This document shows, one piece after another, positions 30,363 through 41,022 of a stretch of 64,000 nucleotides of DNA. How positions within the stretch are numbered: the stretch's first letter is position 1; the number at the start of each line of letters is the position of its first letter. The stretch is from Smithellaceae bacterium (GTDB lineage Bacteria; Desulfobacterota; Syntrophia; Syntrophales; Smithellaceae): contig CAXXVL010000002.1 in NCBI GenBank assembly GCA_963667845.2, positions 960,001 to 1,024,000 of the forward strand. The letters are read 5' to 3'. The position numbers and the translations under genes were made by a program. Under the pieces are notes generated by a model, which saw nothing but the letters and a program-made list of their open reading frames with translations, was not told the DNA's origin and searched no databases.

Positions 30363-30408
30363 AACCCCATGATGCGGGAGGCCCGGCGCCTTCCCGGATC
30401 ATGGGGTT
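30363..30408. terminator. Long hairpin downstream of the MCP gene
   Basis: AACCCCATGAT...ATCATGGGGTT with an internally pairing GC-rich core. Confidence 0.4.
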
Positions 30409-30494
30409 GAAATTGATTCAAAGCGATTGGACGGACGACTCTCGAGCGAAGAGAAAAAGATCCATTTGCTTTCTCTATTTCTTCTTTATCCGCT

Positions 30495-30813
30495 TTAATC
30501 CAAAGCCCCGCTAGGCGCGGATACTACATTCTCGGGATCAGGGATGCATTTTCCCAGAGTCCGCCGTCGACGATCGGTGTCTTGGCAAAAACTATTGATC
30601 CCGGCTTTACAATCATAACGGCAGCTCAGCTGCCCGCAAGCGAACTCCCTTCTTTCCCCTTTTTTTTCGGGTTTGACGTTGTTACAGAACGCGGCAATAT
30701 TTTTTTCGCACGGGTTTTGCCGGCCGTACATATTTTTATAACTGAACATTACCGCAAGGCACACGACAGCAGGCACTTTAGCTGCAAAAAAAATTCTCCG
30801 CGTATATCTTCAT
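30495..30813 (-). pseudogene. Possible frameshifted small secreted Cys-rich-repeat protein
   Basis: PCEKNIAAFCNNVKP and DCKAGINSFCQD are repeat-like units. An upstream ATG with RBS joins this frame if one base is removed from the A8 tract at 30786-30793. Confidence 0.3.
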
Positions 30814-30982
30814 TCCATCCTTCTGCTATTTTTTACCGTGGCACCACTCTTAACGTCCTCAAAGGGCACCGTTGCTTTCCTGCCGAACCATCGGATTACC
30901 GAAATAACGGGGGAAGATAAGTGAATCTGACTGCATAATAACTTATTATTGTGGATGCCGATCGACAAGAAATTGACCTTTG

Positions 30983-31081
30983 ATCCCGCGCACGCGGGAC
31001 GAGCGTTAATCCTCCGCAGCTTGCTGCGAAATAATGACGTTTATTTCATCCCTCGACAGCTTGCTGCGAGGTGGTTGATTA
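30983..31081. repeat. ~99-bp palindrome-rich intergenic repeat, copy 2
   Basis: About 90% identical to 786..883, same orientation; hairpins TCCCGCG-ca-CGCGGGA and CGCAGC-tt-GCTGCG. Confidence 0.85.
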
Positions 31082-31251
31082 TTTTCGGGGTTGAATCTTT
31101 GAACTTTATATTTAGATATGTTTGTTATATTGAAAAAACCGCACAGGATCTATGCAGCTGATGGGTGTTACCGTCTCTCTTCTATCATCCGTAACGCCGG
31201 AGTGTTCAATCCCATCTGCTATTCGATCCGCAGGATGGAGGCAAGACCACG

Positions 31252-32907
31252 ATGATTGAAAAAGGCAAAGCGTATGCCCCCGGCGAATGCTATGATTATC
31301 AGTTATTGATCAAACACATTCTGGAGAGCCCGCGCGTTTATGCGCCGGAGCAGGAAATCCTCTACCGGGACAAAGTTCGGATGACCTATCGGGATTTATT
31401 CTCGCGCATTCAAAGATTGGCCAGCGCTCTGACAAAGCTGGGTGTCGAATTCGGAGACACGGTTTGCATGTTCGATTATGACTCCCACCGGTACCTGGAA
31501 TGCTTTTCGGGCGTGCCCATGATGGGCGCCGTTTTGCATACCCAGAACTGGCGGCTTTCACCCGAGCAGATTCTCTTCACGATGAATCACGCGGAAGATA
31601 AGGTTGTCCTCATTCACGCCGATTTTGTTTCTATGCTGGAACCCCTCTGGCAGAAACTGACCACGGTAAAGAAATTCATTTTGATCACAGAGGATGGGCA
31701 GAAACCCGCTTCGGAGATTCCGTTTGACGCTGAGTATGAAACTATGCTGGGCGCGGCCGCTCCGTCTTATGACTTTCCCGATTTCGATGAACGGACGAAG
31801 GCGACCACCTTCTATACGACGGGGACGACAGGGCTTCCCAAGGGCGTCTACTTTTCACACCGTCAACTCGTCCTGCATACGCAATCCGGCGTGATCAGTC
31901 AGGGGGCATTTGAATCGGTCTGTCGCTTTCGCTCCAATGATGTGTATATGCCGCTCACGCCGATGTTTCACGTTCACGCCTGGGGCGTGCCTTACGGCGC
32001 GACGTTGATGGGAACCAAACAAGTCTATCCCGGCCGTTACGAACCGGAGATGATTTTGAAGCTCGTCGAGAAGGAGCACGTCACTTATTCCCATTGCGTG
32101 CCCACCGTGCTGCAGATGGTTTTGAATCATCCGGCCGCCGAAAAGGCGGATCTGTCGCGCTGGAAAGTCATCATCGGCGGTGCGCGCCTCAACAGGGGGC
32201 TGGCTCTGGCCGCCATGGAAAAAGGCATCCAGATTTATGCTTCCTACGGCATGTCGGAAACGTGTCCGTTAACCTGCCGTGCCAACCTGAAGTACTGGAT
32301 GCTGGGGAAGCCGCAGGAGGAACTGGTGGATAATCTGATTATGACCGGACTTCCGGCGCCTTTCGTCTATGTTAGGCTTTTCGATGCCGACGGACGGTCT
32401 ATTCCGCAAGACGGTGTTTCGACCGGAGAAGTCTGCGTGCGTTCGCCATGGCTCACCGAAAACTATTTCAAAGACCCTGAACGGACGAAGGAACTCTGGC
32501 AGGACGGCTGGCTGCATACCGGGGACATCGGCTACATCAACCCCGACGGGTATCTCCAGGTGACCGACCGGATCAAGGACGTCATCAAAACCGGTGGAGA
32601 ATGGATATCGTCCCTGGATCTGGAAAACTTATTGAGCCAGCATGAAGCGGTTCTGGAGTCGGCGGCCATCGGCATTCCCGATGCCAAGTGGGGGGAAAGA
32701 CCCGTGATGGTCGCTGTGCTGAAGCCGGCGTTTAAAGACAAAATCAAGGAAACCGACCTTCGTCAATTTCTGTTACTGGGCGCGCAAGGCGGGAAAATTC
32801 CCAAGTACGGCGTGCCGGACAGAGTGCAGATCGTCGCGACGCTTCCCAAAACCAGCGTCGGCAAAATCAATAAGATTGAACTGAGAAAAATATACGCAGT
32901 TGGTTGA
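31252..32907 (+). CDS. Medium/long-chain fatty acid-CoA ligase (AlkK/DmdB-like)
   Basis: YTTGTTGLPKG, PMFHVHAWG, YGMSET, GWLHTGD, IKTGGEWISS, LPKTSVGK. Confidence 0.92.
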   Translation: MIEKGKAYAPGECYDYQLLIKHILESPRVYAPEQEILYRDKVRMTYRDLFSRIQRLASALTKLGVEFGDTVCMFDYDSHRYLECFSGVPMMGAVLHTQNWRLSPEQILFTMNHAEDKVVLIHADFVSMLEPLWQKLTTVKKFILITEDGQKPASEIPFDAEYETMLGAAAPSYDFPDFDERTKATTFYTTGTTGLPKGVYFSHRQLVLHTQSGVISQGAFESVCRFRSNDVYMPLTPMFHVHAWGVPYGATLMGTKQVYPGRYEPEMILKLVEKEHVTYSHCVPTVLQMVLNHPAAEKADLSRWKVIIGGARLNRGLALAAMEKGIQIYASYGMSETCPLTCRANLKYWMLGKPQEELVDNLIMTGLPAPFVYVRLFDADGRSIPQDGVSTGEVCVRSPWLTENYFKDPERTKELWQDGWLHTGDIGYINPDGYLQVTDRIKDVIKTGGEWISSLDLENLLSQHEAVLESAAIGIPDAKWGERPVMVAVLKPAFKDKIKETDLRQFLLLGAQGGKIPKYGVPDRVQIVATLPKTSVGKINKIELRKIYAVG

Positions 32908-32926
32908 TGTGAGAAACAAAGAGAAC

Positions 32927-32962
32927 AGTCTGTCTTGCCTTCGACCGCTGTCAAGACAGACT
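32927..32962. terminator. Hairpin between convergent genes (possible bidirectional terminator)
   Basis: 11-bp stem AGTCTGTCTTG/CAAGACAGACT. Confidence 0.5.
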
Positions 32963-32986
32963 CCGTTGATGATTGATCAGGTCCGG

Positions 32987-33385
32987 CTACTTGCCTTCAA
33001 ATACAAATTTCTTTAATACCCAGCCTGTTTTGCCTGAAGCGGATTTCACTTGAATCCAATTTTTTGAATCCGCTATTTTTTCGACAAGCTCTCCTTTTTT
33101 CAGGGTAACAATAACCTTGCTCAGATGTCTGGGGTCTTTCCTCATTTTAGCGTCCCTGGTAATGTATAAATATTGGACGAGAGGCGCTGCAGGTTGGCTC
33201 GCCTTGGCGCTCTCCGGCTGTTGTATATTTTTTTGCTCCTGATTATTTGCAGCCGACTCAGAACTGATATTTTTTGCACTGTCCGGCGCTGTCGATTGTA
33301 CATTGTCGGGGGTCGCCTGCGAACCCGCACACGCATAAAAGAGCACACATAACAAAATTACACTGAATATCTTTTTTATCATCAT
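32987..33385 (-). CDS. SH3b-domain lipoprotein
   Basis: Lipobox LFYAC, low-complexity linker, C-terminal MRKDP...TLKKGE...WIQVK...GKTGWV. Confidence 0.8.
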   Translation of the reverse strand: MMIKKIFSVILLCVLFYACAGSQATPDNVQSTAPDSAKNISSESAANNQEQKNIQQPESAKASQPAAPLVQYLYITRDAKMRKDPRHLSKVIVTLKKGELVEKIADSKNWIQVKSASGKTGWVLKKFVFEGK

Positions 33386-33836
33386 TGCAATTCTCCTTCA
33401 CGAAAGTCATTATTGAGCCCGCTTAAATGCGAATGATCTCAGGGCAAACATGTGCAGTCGAAATCTATTTAATAGATGCCAATTGTTATTGAGCTAGACC
33501 TAACCAGGGTGTCTGTCAAGATAATTCTGATCGGGATGGTTTGTCACTTTCTCTTCAGGCAGTCTGTAAAGATCGGCGCCGCCTCGATTTGCTTGAGGCG
33601 CATGAATTACTAGGGTGAAAAGAATGCTTTTCTCCCGTCTCTCGGATCCGACCTTCCGCATCTGAAAGCAGGCCGACATGAAAACGCCTCGGAGATTAGA
33701 TCGCTTTGAGATGCTAACTTCCGTAATTCATGTTTCTCCATTCTTTCATTTTATGCTACATAGCAAACGAGTAATGGTGGAATATTAACACTCAGCCGAA
33801 GATTCCGGTATTCACCGCCATACGAAGTGGATTATC

Positions 33837-36800
33837 ATGATGAATGAGATTCTGCTCAATGCCATTCTGAATTTATTTGCTATCCGGACTTCCCTGATCG
33901 AGTCATCCGGACGGTCCGAGGCGTTTGCGATCATCGACCGTTATCTCCGGGACTATCTGCGCATCACCCATTCCGATGACTACCTCAAATTGTTTGAAGA
34001 GGCTCTGGACATTCATCAAACCGGTGACGAGCAGACGAAACTGGCGCAGGCCCGCGCAGTAACTGCAAATTTGAAGCGACTGCTGCCTCGTTTTGATCAA
34101 TATGTGTTTCTCATCCGCTATCTGGAACTTGCGAACATGGGAGAATGCCGTCATGCCGAACTTGGTGATGTCGTCGCAGCCGAACTCCAGATCACTCCGG
34201 AGGTCATGAGAGAGCTGTCATTACTGACTTCAACAAGAATAGACAGGGTCCTTCTCACCGCCAATTTTCTCTGCGTGAACCTTGACAACGCAGCGCAAGG
34301 GACATGCCGAAGGATTTCCCGGCCGGCCTTTTGTGCCGCCTTTACCGTTTATCATCTCGAGGAAGCTGATGCTTATTTTCTCAGGGGAGAGCAAGGCAGT
34401 ATATCCGCCGACTCGCTGATGCTGCCTTCGGGTACCCCGCACCTGTTGCAGTCCGGCTCTATTTTGCGGGATATGTACGGCAACTGCATTTATGATCAGG
34501 AGATCCACGCGGCCTTTCAGAGTGCCTCCCATGAGCCGCTCCGGATGTGCGCGGAAGGTCTTGATTTCCGCTATCCCGGAAGCGATAGGGGTCTCCATGA
34601 GTTCAGCTTTTGCGAATCGGGGGGCAGGCTGGTGGGGATCATGGGACAAAGCGGCTCGGGCAAATCCACGCTGCTGAATATTCTCACCGGACAACTCTCC
34701 CCTGATCGCGGCCGGGTAAGCATTAATGGGCTGGACCTTTACCGGGACGCCTCGCGCCTGGAAGGTGTGATTGGCTACGTCCCGCAGGACGATCTGCTCT
34801 TTGAACATCTCTCGGTGTTCGACAACCTCGCGTTCAACGCCGCGCTTTGCCTCGCCAACCTCGACAAAAAAACCCGCGACGCCCGGGTGGAAGACCTCCT
34901 CACTGAACTGCAGCAGTTGTCGACCCGGGATCTCATGGTAGGGTCCCCCCTGGAAAAAACCATCAGCGGCGGTGAACGCAAACGGCTGAACATCGCGCTG
35001 GAGCTGCTCAGGGAACCTTCCATCCTCCTTGTTGACGAACCAACCTCGGGCTTATCCTCCGCCGATTCGGAAAACGTCATGGCACTGCTCAAGGCTCAGG
35101 CCGCCTTGGGCAAACTGGTGATTGTGGTCATTCACCAGCCGTCTTCGCGCATCTTCCGGATGCTTGACGCCCTGTGGATCCTGGACACGGGCGGACGGCC
35201 GATATTTAACGGCAACCCGCTCGATGCCATCGTCTATTTCCGCACCGAGGTCCAACAGGCCGACATGGAAGAATACGCTTGCCCCCGCTGCGGCAATGTC
35301 AATCCGGAACAGCTCTTTGAAATTATCCAGGCCCGGGCCGTGGATGAAAACGGCCGTTTCACCCAGGAGCGCCGAATTACACCGGGAGAATGGCACAAGC
35401 GCTACCTGGCCCGCCGCGACGGACACGCGCTATCAGAGATGTCAAGAGCACCGTCCCTGACGACGCCCCAAATGGAGCGGCGCCTGTGGCGGCCCGGGGT
35501 GGCCGGTCAGTTTTGGATTTTCTTTTTGCGCACACTCAAAAGCCATGCCCAAAACCGGCAATACCTCTTCATTAATCTGCTCGAACCCCCGCTCCTGGCA
35601 GTCATCGCTGCTCTGATTTGCAGAGGCTCCTGGGGTGTGGAATACGTGTTCATGGAGAACAAGAACCTCAGTAACTTTTTCTTTATCAGTATTGTGGTCG
35701 CCATCTTCCTGGGGCTGAGTATCAGCGCCGAGGAAATCAACCGCGACCGGAAAATGTTGAATCGCGAGCGGCTGCTTCATCTCAACTGGACGGCTTATAT
35801 CTCGGCCAAAACCTTCTACCTGGCGGGAGTCGCCGCCCTGCAGATGGCGCTGTTTGTCTGGCTGGGGAACTTCATTCTCAAGATACCGGACATGAACGGC
35901 GTCTCATGGCTGGTGCTTTTTTTCTGTGCCCTGGTTTCCTGTATTCTTGGGCTCAATATTTCTGCCTCAGTGCGTTCCGCCGTCAACATCTATATCATTA
36001 TCCCCATCCTGCTGGTGCCTCAGATCATGCTCGGCGGGGCCTCTGTGCCCTTTGACGAGCTGATGGACCGCGAGGCGGGCGCCCGGAATGTACCCCTAAT
36101 CGCCGATATCATGCCGTCGCGCTGGGGGTATGAGGTTCTGGTGGTCGAGCAGTATGGCAAAAACCGCTATATGCGCCTCTTCTTTGAGGATGAGCGCCTG
36201 GCCATAAACAGCGATTATATGCTCCAGGTCAATATTCCCCAGATGCAGTCCCTGGCCGATTATCCTCTGCTCGAATCCGCAGAACCGGATCATGCCGGTC
36301 AAGCCCGGCGCAAACTGGCCGTGCTCGCCACAGAATTGAGGATTATCGAAGAACGAACCGGGATAGCCTTTGGCCTTTCGGCGGCCGCGCTGGAACCGAA
36401 GACCTATACCCTCGATACCTGTCGGCGCGTCAAAGAATATCTGGAACGCATCGAAAAGGTTTATCAGGATCTGCATACCCGGGCCGTCGCGGACAAACGC
36501 GCCACGGAAAAACAGCTGCACGACTCCCTGGGCAGCGCTGGCGCGCAAAAATTCAAAAGCACCTATTACAACGAGGCTATTGCAGACCTGGTCCTGAACG
36601 TAAAAGACCTGGAGGCCGTGCGTCTTTCCGGCAACCGTCTGGTGCGTGTTGCGGCCCCGGTCTTTGAGGATCCGGAATCGAAACTCGGCTGCGCGCCGTT
36701 TCTGGCGTCGTCAAAACGACTGGGATCGTGGCGCATGGAGACGTTTTATTTCAATCTGCTGGTATTGGGAGGAATGGCCGTCCTGCTCTTTCTGGCGCTT

Positions 36801-36851
36801 GCGGCGCGCTTGCTGCCGCGGCTTTCCGGCATCAAGAGAACAATACACTGA
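33837..36851 (+). CDS. Fused ABC exporter (ABCG/White-like NBD plus ABC-2 membrane domain) with N-terminal extension
   Basis: GQSGSGKST, ISGGERKR, LLVDEP, VIHQPS, a CPRCG insert, C-terminal TM helices. Confidence 0.88.
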   Translation: MMNEILLNAILNLFAIRTSLIESSGRSEAFAIIDRYLRDYLRITHSDDYLKLFEEALDIHQTGDEQTKLAQARAVTANLKRLLPRFDQYVFLIRYLELANMGECRHAELGDVVAAELQITPEVMRELSLLTSTRIDRVLLTANFLCVNLDNAAQGTCRRISRPAFCAAFTVYHLEEADAYFLRGEQGSISADSLMLPSGTPHLLQSGSILRDMYGNCIYDQEIHAAFQSASHEPLRMCAEGLDFRYPGSDRGLHEFSFCESGGRLVGIMGQSGSGKSTLLNILTGQLSPDRGRVSINGLDLYRDASRLEGVIGYVPQDDLLFEHLSVFDNLAFNAALCLANLDKKTRDARVEDLLTELQQLSTRDLMVGSPLEKTISGGERKRLNIALELLREPSILLVDEPTSGLSSADSENVMALLKAQAALGKLVIVVIHQPSSRIFRMLDALWILDTGGRPIFNGNPLDAIVYFRTEVQQADMEEYACPRCGNVNPEQLFEIIQARAVDENGRFTQERRITPGEWHKRYLARRDGHALSEMSRAPSLTTPQMERRLWRPGVAGQFWIFFLRTLKSHAQNRQYLFINLLEPPLLAVIAALICRGSWGVEYVFMENKNLSNFFFISIVVAIFLGLSISAEEINRDRKMLNRERLLHLNWTAYISAKTFYLAGVAALQMALFVWLGNFILKIPDMNGVSWLVLFFCALVSCILGLNISASVRSAVNIYIIIPILLVPQIMLGGASVPFDELMDREAGARNVPLIADIMPSRWGYEVLVVEQYGKNRYMRLFFEDERLAINSDYMLQVNIPQMQSLADYPLLESAEPDHAGQARRKLAVLATELRIIEERTGIAFGLSAAALEPKTYTLDTCRRVKEYLERIEKVYQDLHTRAVADKRATEKQLHDSLGSAGAQKFKSTYYNEAIADLVLNVKDLEAVRLSGNRLVRVAAPVFEDPESKLGCAPFLASSKRLGSWRMETFYFNLLVLGGMAVLLFLALAARLLPRLSGIKRTIH

Positions 36852-36864
36852 CAGGAGAAATGTC

Positions 36865-37752
36865 ATGATAAGAAAAACAGGGTTACTCATCGGTTTGCTT
36901 GCGATCATTTCCTTTGGGATATTCACGGCACAGGCTGCGGACCCGTCGCATCCCCAAAAGAGGACAGTGGACAAACCGGATGCCTCGGACAAGAATGTTT
37001 GGCCCTTAATGAGCGGAAAGGCTTCTAAGAAAGATACGCCGGCAGTGTATTATCATGCCGGCCCGATCAAGGATGCCGGACTATCCTATCAGGAAAGCCT
37101 GACTCTGCCGGTTAAGGGCAGCTATGCGTGCAAAAGCGAGACCCAGTTACGAGTCCTCGCCGGCATGCATGGTTTCGATATCAACTATGCCCTGGTCTTT
37201 GGCCGTAAGAAGGAATTCGTCAACACCATGAAATTTCTGCATTCCGAAATCCTGGGACGTTTAAAGAAATCGGATTATGTGAACCCCAATATGATTGCCG
37301 CCGACGAAACCAAAAAGCTCCTCGCGGACATAACCGATCCCCAGAATCTGGAAAAATATAAAGCTTACTGGTCGAAACAAATGGACACCAACATGAAGAA
37401 GGCAGCTAAAAATCCCGAGCTCATGGAGGCGCTGTTAGACAACTGGTATGGCTCTCTGATCGAAAGCAGCTTTGTCCTGTGCAGTCTTGCCCTCAACAGC
37501 ACGGGCGGCGACAAACTTTACTCATTGTTCGTTGATTACATGCTGCGCGTTGACGCTTTGGATATCAGGATGCAGGAGTTTTATAATTCCGATTACGGCA
37601 GAGCCCTGGAGCAGGCTGACCGCAAAACTGTCTTTGCTCCGATCCGCGAACTGATTCAGAAGAAACACGGCTTGCTGGACCGGCAGGATATCAATTTCAT
37701 TCTCTCCGCCATGAAAAACATCCGCGCCGAATACGTGAAGCCATGTAAATAA
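36865..37752 (+). CDS. Secreted helical hypothetical protein
   Basis: AGGAG RBS, signal peptide ending TAQA; directly follows the ABC gene. Confidence 0.75.
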   Translation: MIRKTGLLIGLLAIISFGIFTAQAADPSHPQKRTVDKPDASDKNVWPLMSGKASKKDTPAVYYHAGPIKDAGLSYQESLTLPVKGSYACKSETQLRVLAGMHGFDINYALVFGRKKEFVNTMKFLHSEILGRLKKSDYVNPNMIAADETKKLLADITDPQNLEKYKAYWSKQMDTNMKKAAKNPELMEALLDNWYGSLIESSFVLCSLALNSTGGDKLYSLFVDYMLRVDALDIRMQEFYNSDYGRALEQADRKTVFAPIRELIQKKHGLLDRQDINFILSAMKNIRAEYVKPCK

Positions 37753-37951
37753 TGATCGCTCATCCGGCTGGTGCGTGTTCCATCCGCAAGAGAATTCTGG
37801 TCCGGCTTTCGGCAGGCGCTGGAGAATAGAAAGGGCTATAAGCCGCAATAAAGATCATCAAGCTAAAAGGGAATATTTAATTTTCCTTCATTGAATAATT
37901 AGTGATAATAAAGGTAAATGATTAAAAAGTCTGTTGACAAGGGGGTGGCAG

Positions 37952-38392
37952 GTGAAGAATTTGGTGATTTTGTCAGGTGGGTTTGATCCAATTCACATGG
38001 GCCATGTCTATATGATTGAGGCTGCTTCATTGCTTGGTGAGATTGTCATTTGTCTGAACAGTGATGATTGGCTGATACGGAAAAAAGGTAATCCTTTTAT
38101 GTCCTGGATTGAACGGGCAACCATTGTGGGTAATATGAAATATGTCATTGATGTATTGCCCATGAATGATGACGATGATACTGCCTGTGACGGCATTAAA
38201 AGCGCGTATACAAAATATAAGAAACAATACGACATGATCTATTTCGGCAACGGCGGTGATAGAAACGTTGTTTCGACACCGGGCAAAGAACAGGAATTGT
38301 GTAAACAGTTAGGGATAGGATTAATTTGGGAATTGGGCGGCAAGACCAAAGTTCAATCCTCAAGTTGGGTTTTAGATAAACAGAGCAAATAA
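37952..38392 (+). CDS. Cytidylyl/adenylyltransferase (HxGH family; RfaE-II/TagD/RibL-like)
   Basis: SGGFDPIHMGH, LNSDDWLIRKKG, FGNGGDR, KVQSSS. Confidence 0.85.
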   Translation: MKNLVILSGGFDPIHMGHVYMIEAASLLGEIVICLNSDDWLIRKKGNPFMSWIERATIVGNMKYVIDVLPMNDDDDTACDGIKSAYTKYKKQYDMIYFGNGGDRNVVSTPGKEQELCKQLGIGLIWELGGKTKVQSSSWVLDKQSK

Positions 38393-38426
38393 AAAACAGA
38401 ACATTACATTCTCATACGGAATTCAT

Positions 38427-40946
38427 ATGGCAAAAGCGGCTGTTCATAAACGAAACTCTCCTCAGGTAAGTGTGCAACCGACGAAAGTTATTTCATACCC
38501 GGCCGTTGCCGACGGAGTTGATCTACCGGATCTCACATTTCGCAAGAACAAAGATGAGGAAGCGTTTGTCGGGCCGACATCGCCCCGACAGTGCTCACCT
38601 CTCAAGACAAATCCAATCATCGATGAAATCGTGTCGGCGTTTGACGATCTGAAGTTAAAGACACTGCTTGCCCCGCTGTTGCCAATGATTGCGGCGTCCA
38701 ACATCACATTCCATATCGTTGGCCGTCGTGGATCGATGTTAAAGATCACGCAGGACACGATGAATGTTGTTGTTGAGGCGCATTGGAATTTATTCATCCC
38801 CTATTTTGAACATGTCAAAGCACTTCCCATCATTCATCCCGAGGTCCTGGATATCTTCGCCAGGGCTGTCTTTCGCTATATGGCCCTGGCCGCGAAGCAT
38901 CCCAAGGTCGCGGATAACCAGCCCAGGAGCTTCGTTGTCGAGGCCTACAAAGCACGGCCCGAGCTTTTATTGGCTTCGTTGGACATTTTCAATAAACCCA
39001 GTATTTACCACATCCAGCCGACAAGATCCTGGTTCAACAGGATTTCTATGGTTAATGACACGTATCGTTTCCAGATTGGCGTTGCCGCTGGGGCTGCCGC
39101 CCCGTCCGTGCGTCCTGAATTCCTGGAAGAAGTTACCGACTTTGTCCATAAAGTTGTGAAAAACTATGCTTTCCGTTATGCAGATTATCTGTGGACGCAG
39201 CAATACAAAATTACCTTCGGCAACCCCTCCGATGCGGGGATGGTGGGGCGCGAAGGGGAAGACATTGTCATTCACATTGATCCTTTAATTTATCAAACCT
39301 CGTGGAAACCGGCGCTTTATTTAAGCCTTGGCTATGCGATCATGCTTGCCATCCTCCAATCGGCGGGAAGAGACGATAAAAAAGAATATACCTATCTGGC
39401 CGTGAAGAAGACCTGGAATCGTTTTTTGAGCTTTGATGAATCTGTTGAGAAGCAAAGTGTGCGTGAGATTTACAGGTTGCCTCAGGTAACCGAAGCGGTT
39501 CAGTGCCGCAGCTTGATGGAATGCACGATCGGCAATAAAAGCGGCGAACTTGTCGATGATTTTATGATGCTCATGAACTATTCTTCCAAAGATACCATTT
39601 TGGAAAAGTTGGCTATTTTAAACGAGATCCGGAATGGGAAGGGGACAGGTTCTTATTTTGAACAATTATCGAGTTCCGTCCGGAATATAAATTCATCTTT
39701 GATAAGGAATAACATTAATTACAGCAAGCTGATCGAGATCCTGCGCAATGACAACATCGATCATCTGCAGTTGGCGGAATTTTTACATACGGGACAATTA
39801 GGCGGCTTGACCGTTGTGGATGTGAGCGAATGGCTGTTGCTCCGGACGCTTTTATATGACCTGATTAATGCGCCCAAGGTATTCAGTAACGATTACAAAA
39901 TGCTTTTGAAGGTTTTGACAAAAGTATGCAAGAGCCTGATTGTTTATATCTGGATGTTAGGTGTGGATGACGATGCGCGTTATGAAATGGTCAGCGCGTA
40001 TATAGCAAAGCTGATGTACGATATTTTCGTGTTTAATCGCGTCAAAATCTATGACATCGTTGCCGACCCGGTGGAATGCCTGGAGGCCGAGGCGGTGACC
40101 GGGTATCTTTTAAATTGGGCCAGTTTTACGCCTGAAAAGCGGCATTCGGCCATTAAGACGCTGTCGGGCTTACCGAAGAATGTGGTTGCCCATTTAAGCG
40201 TTCAGACAGCCGACGACGTTGACCGGTTGATTAACGTGATCAGAGCAAGCAACAGCGGGCTTATCGGTTTCTACCTCTATCAGGCATACAGCTGGGGAAG
40301 CGTTCAGGGTGAGCTCACCAATCGAATCCGCAGCCATTTTCCCCAACTGCTTAAGTGGGCCGAGGCAGCAATGCTTCCCGCAAAGGCGAACATGGGGGGA
40401 GCGATGCTGCTTTTGCTTTTGGCTCAGATCATTTCTGATGAGCGTGACGGGTTTGCCCGAAATATTGTGATTGCTGAAGAAGAAAGGCAGATCGTCCGGG
40501 ACCTCATCAAGCAATGCGTTGATTGGGACCAGAAGCATTTTGTGATGATGATTGCAGGTATCGCGGCCGGTTATGTAGGAAATATCGATGAATGGATCCT
40601 GCAACAATTTGACAGGTTACTGGGCCGTTATGATGGTGGAGATCGTGTCGTCCTGCGCAGTGTCGTGCAGTTTGATGTTGAAAATTTAATCGAGCGTACT
40701 CTGATGACGGCCGGAGAGGGAGACGAAAGCGCATTGGTAGATAAGATACAACTTCTTCGCTTTGGAGTTGATCCTATTATCAGTAATAAGGCCAACGAGT
40801 ATCTTAGGACATTGGCTTCCCGTCATGGCATTCCCGTGTCGGGAATCGTTCTGAATAGAAAAAATATCGGTGAGCTTCTCCTGACCTTGTCTCAACGTAT
40901 GGAGGCACAGATTTCCTGTGTCGGCACTGTCAATCCGGCTGCATAA
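38427..40946 (+). CDS. Large hypothetical protein (839 aa)
   Basis: Long uninterrupted ORF, AT-richer than its flanks; no motif recognised. Confidence 0.8.
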   Translation: MAKAAVHKRNSPQVSVQPTKVISYPAVADGVDLPDLTFRKNKDEEAFVGPTSPRQCSPLKTNPIIDEIVSAFDDLKLKTLLAPLLPMIAASNITFHIVGRRGSMLKITQDTMNVVVEAHWNLFIPYFEHVKALPIIHPEVLDIFARAVFRYMALAAKHPKVADNQPRSFVVEAYKARPELLLASLDIFNKPSIYHIQPTRSWFNRISMVNDTYRFQIGVAAGAAAPSVRPEFLEEVTDFVHKVVKNYAFRYADYLWTQQYKITFGNPSDAGMVGREGEDIVIHIDPLIYQTSWKPALYLSLGYAIMLAILQSAGRDDKKEYTYLAVKKTWNRFLSFDESVEKQSVREIYRLPQVTEAVQCRSLMECTIGNKSGELVDDFMMLMNYSSKDTILEKLAILNEIRNGKGTGSYFEQLSSSVRNINSSLIRNNINYSKLIEILRNDNIDHLQLAEFLHTGQLGGLTVVDVSEWLLLRTLLYDLINAPKVFSNDYKMLLKVLTKVCKSLIVYIWMLGVDDDARYEMVSAYIAKLMYDIFVFNRVKIYDIVADPVECLEAEAVTGYLLNWASFTPEKRHSAIKTLSGLPKNVVAHLSVQTADDVDRLINVIRASNSGLIGFYLYQAYSWGSVQGELTNRIRSHFPQLLKWAEAAMLPAKANMGGAMLLLLLAQIISDERDGFARNIVIAEEERQIVRDLIKQCVDWDQKHFVMMIAGIAAGYVGNIDEWILQQFDRLLGRYDGGDRVVLRSVVQFDVENLIERTLMTAGEGDESALVDKIQLLRFGVDPIISNKANEYLRTLASRHGIPVSGIVLNRKNIGELLLTLSQRMEAQISCVGTVNPAA

Positions 40947-41022
40947 AACCAAGGTGCACCCTATTAATCATGAAAGATAATCAAATACCTTATTGTGCGA
41001 ACTCTTACCTCACTGAGCTCAA

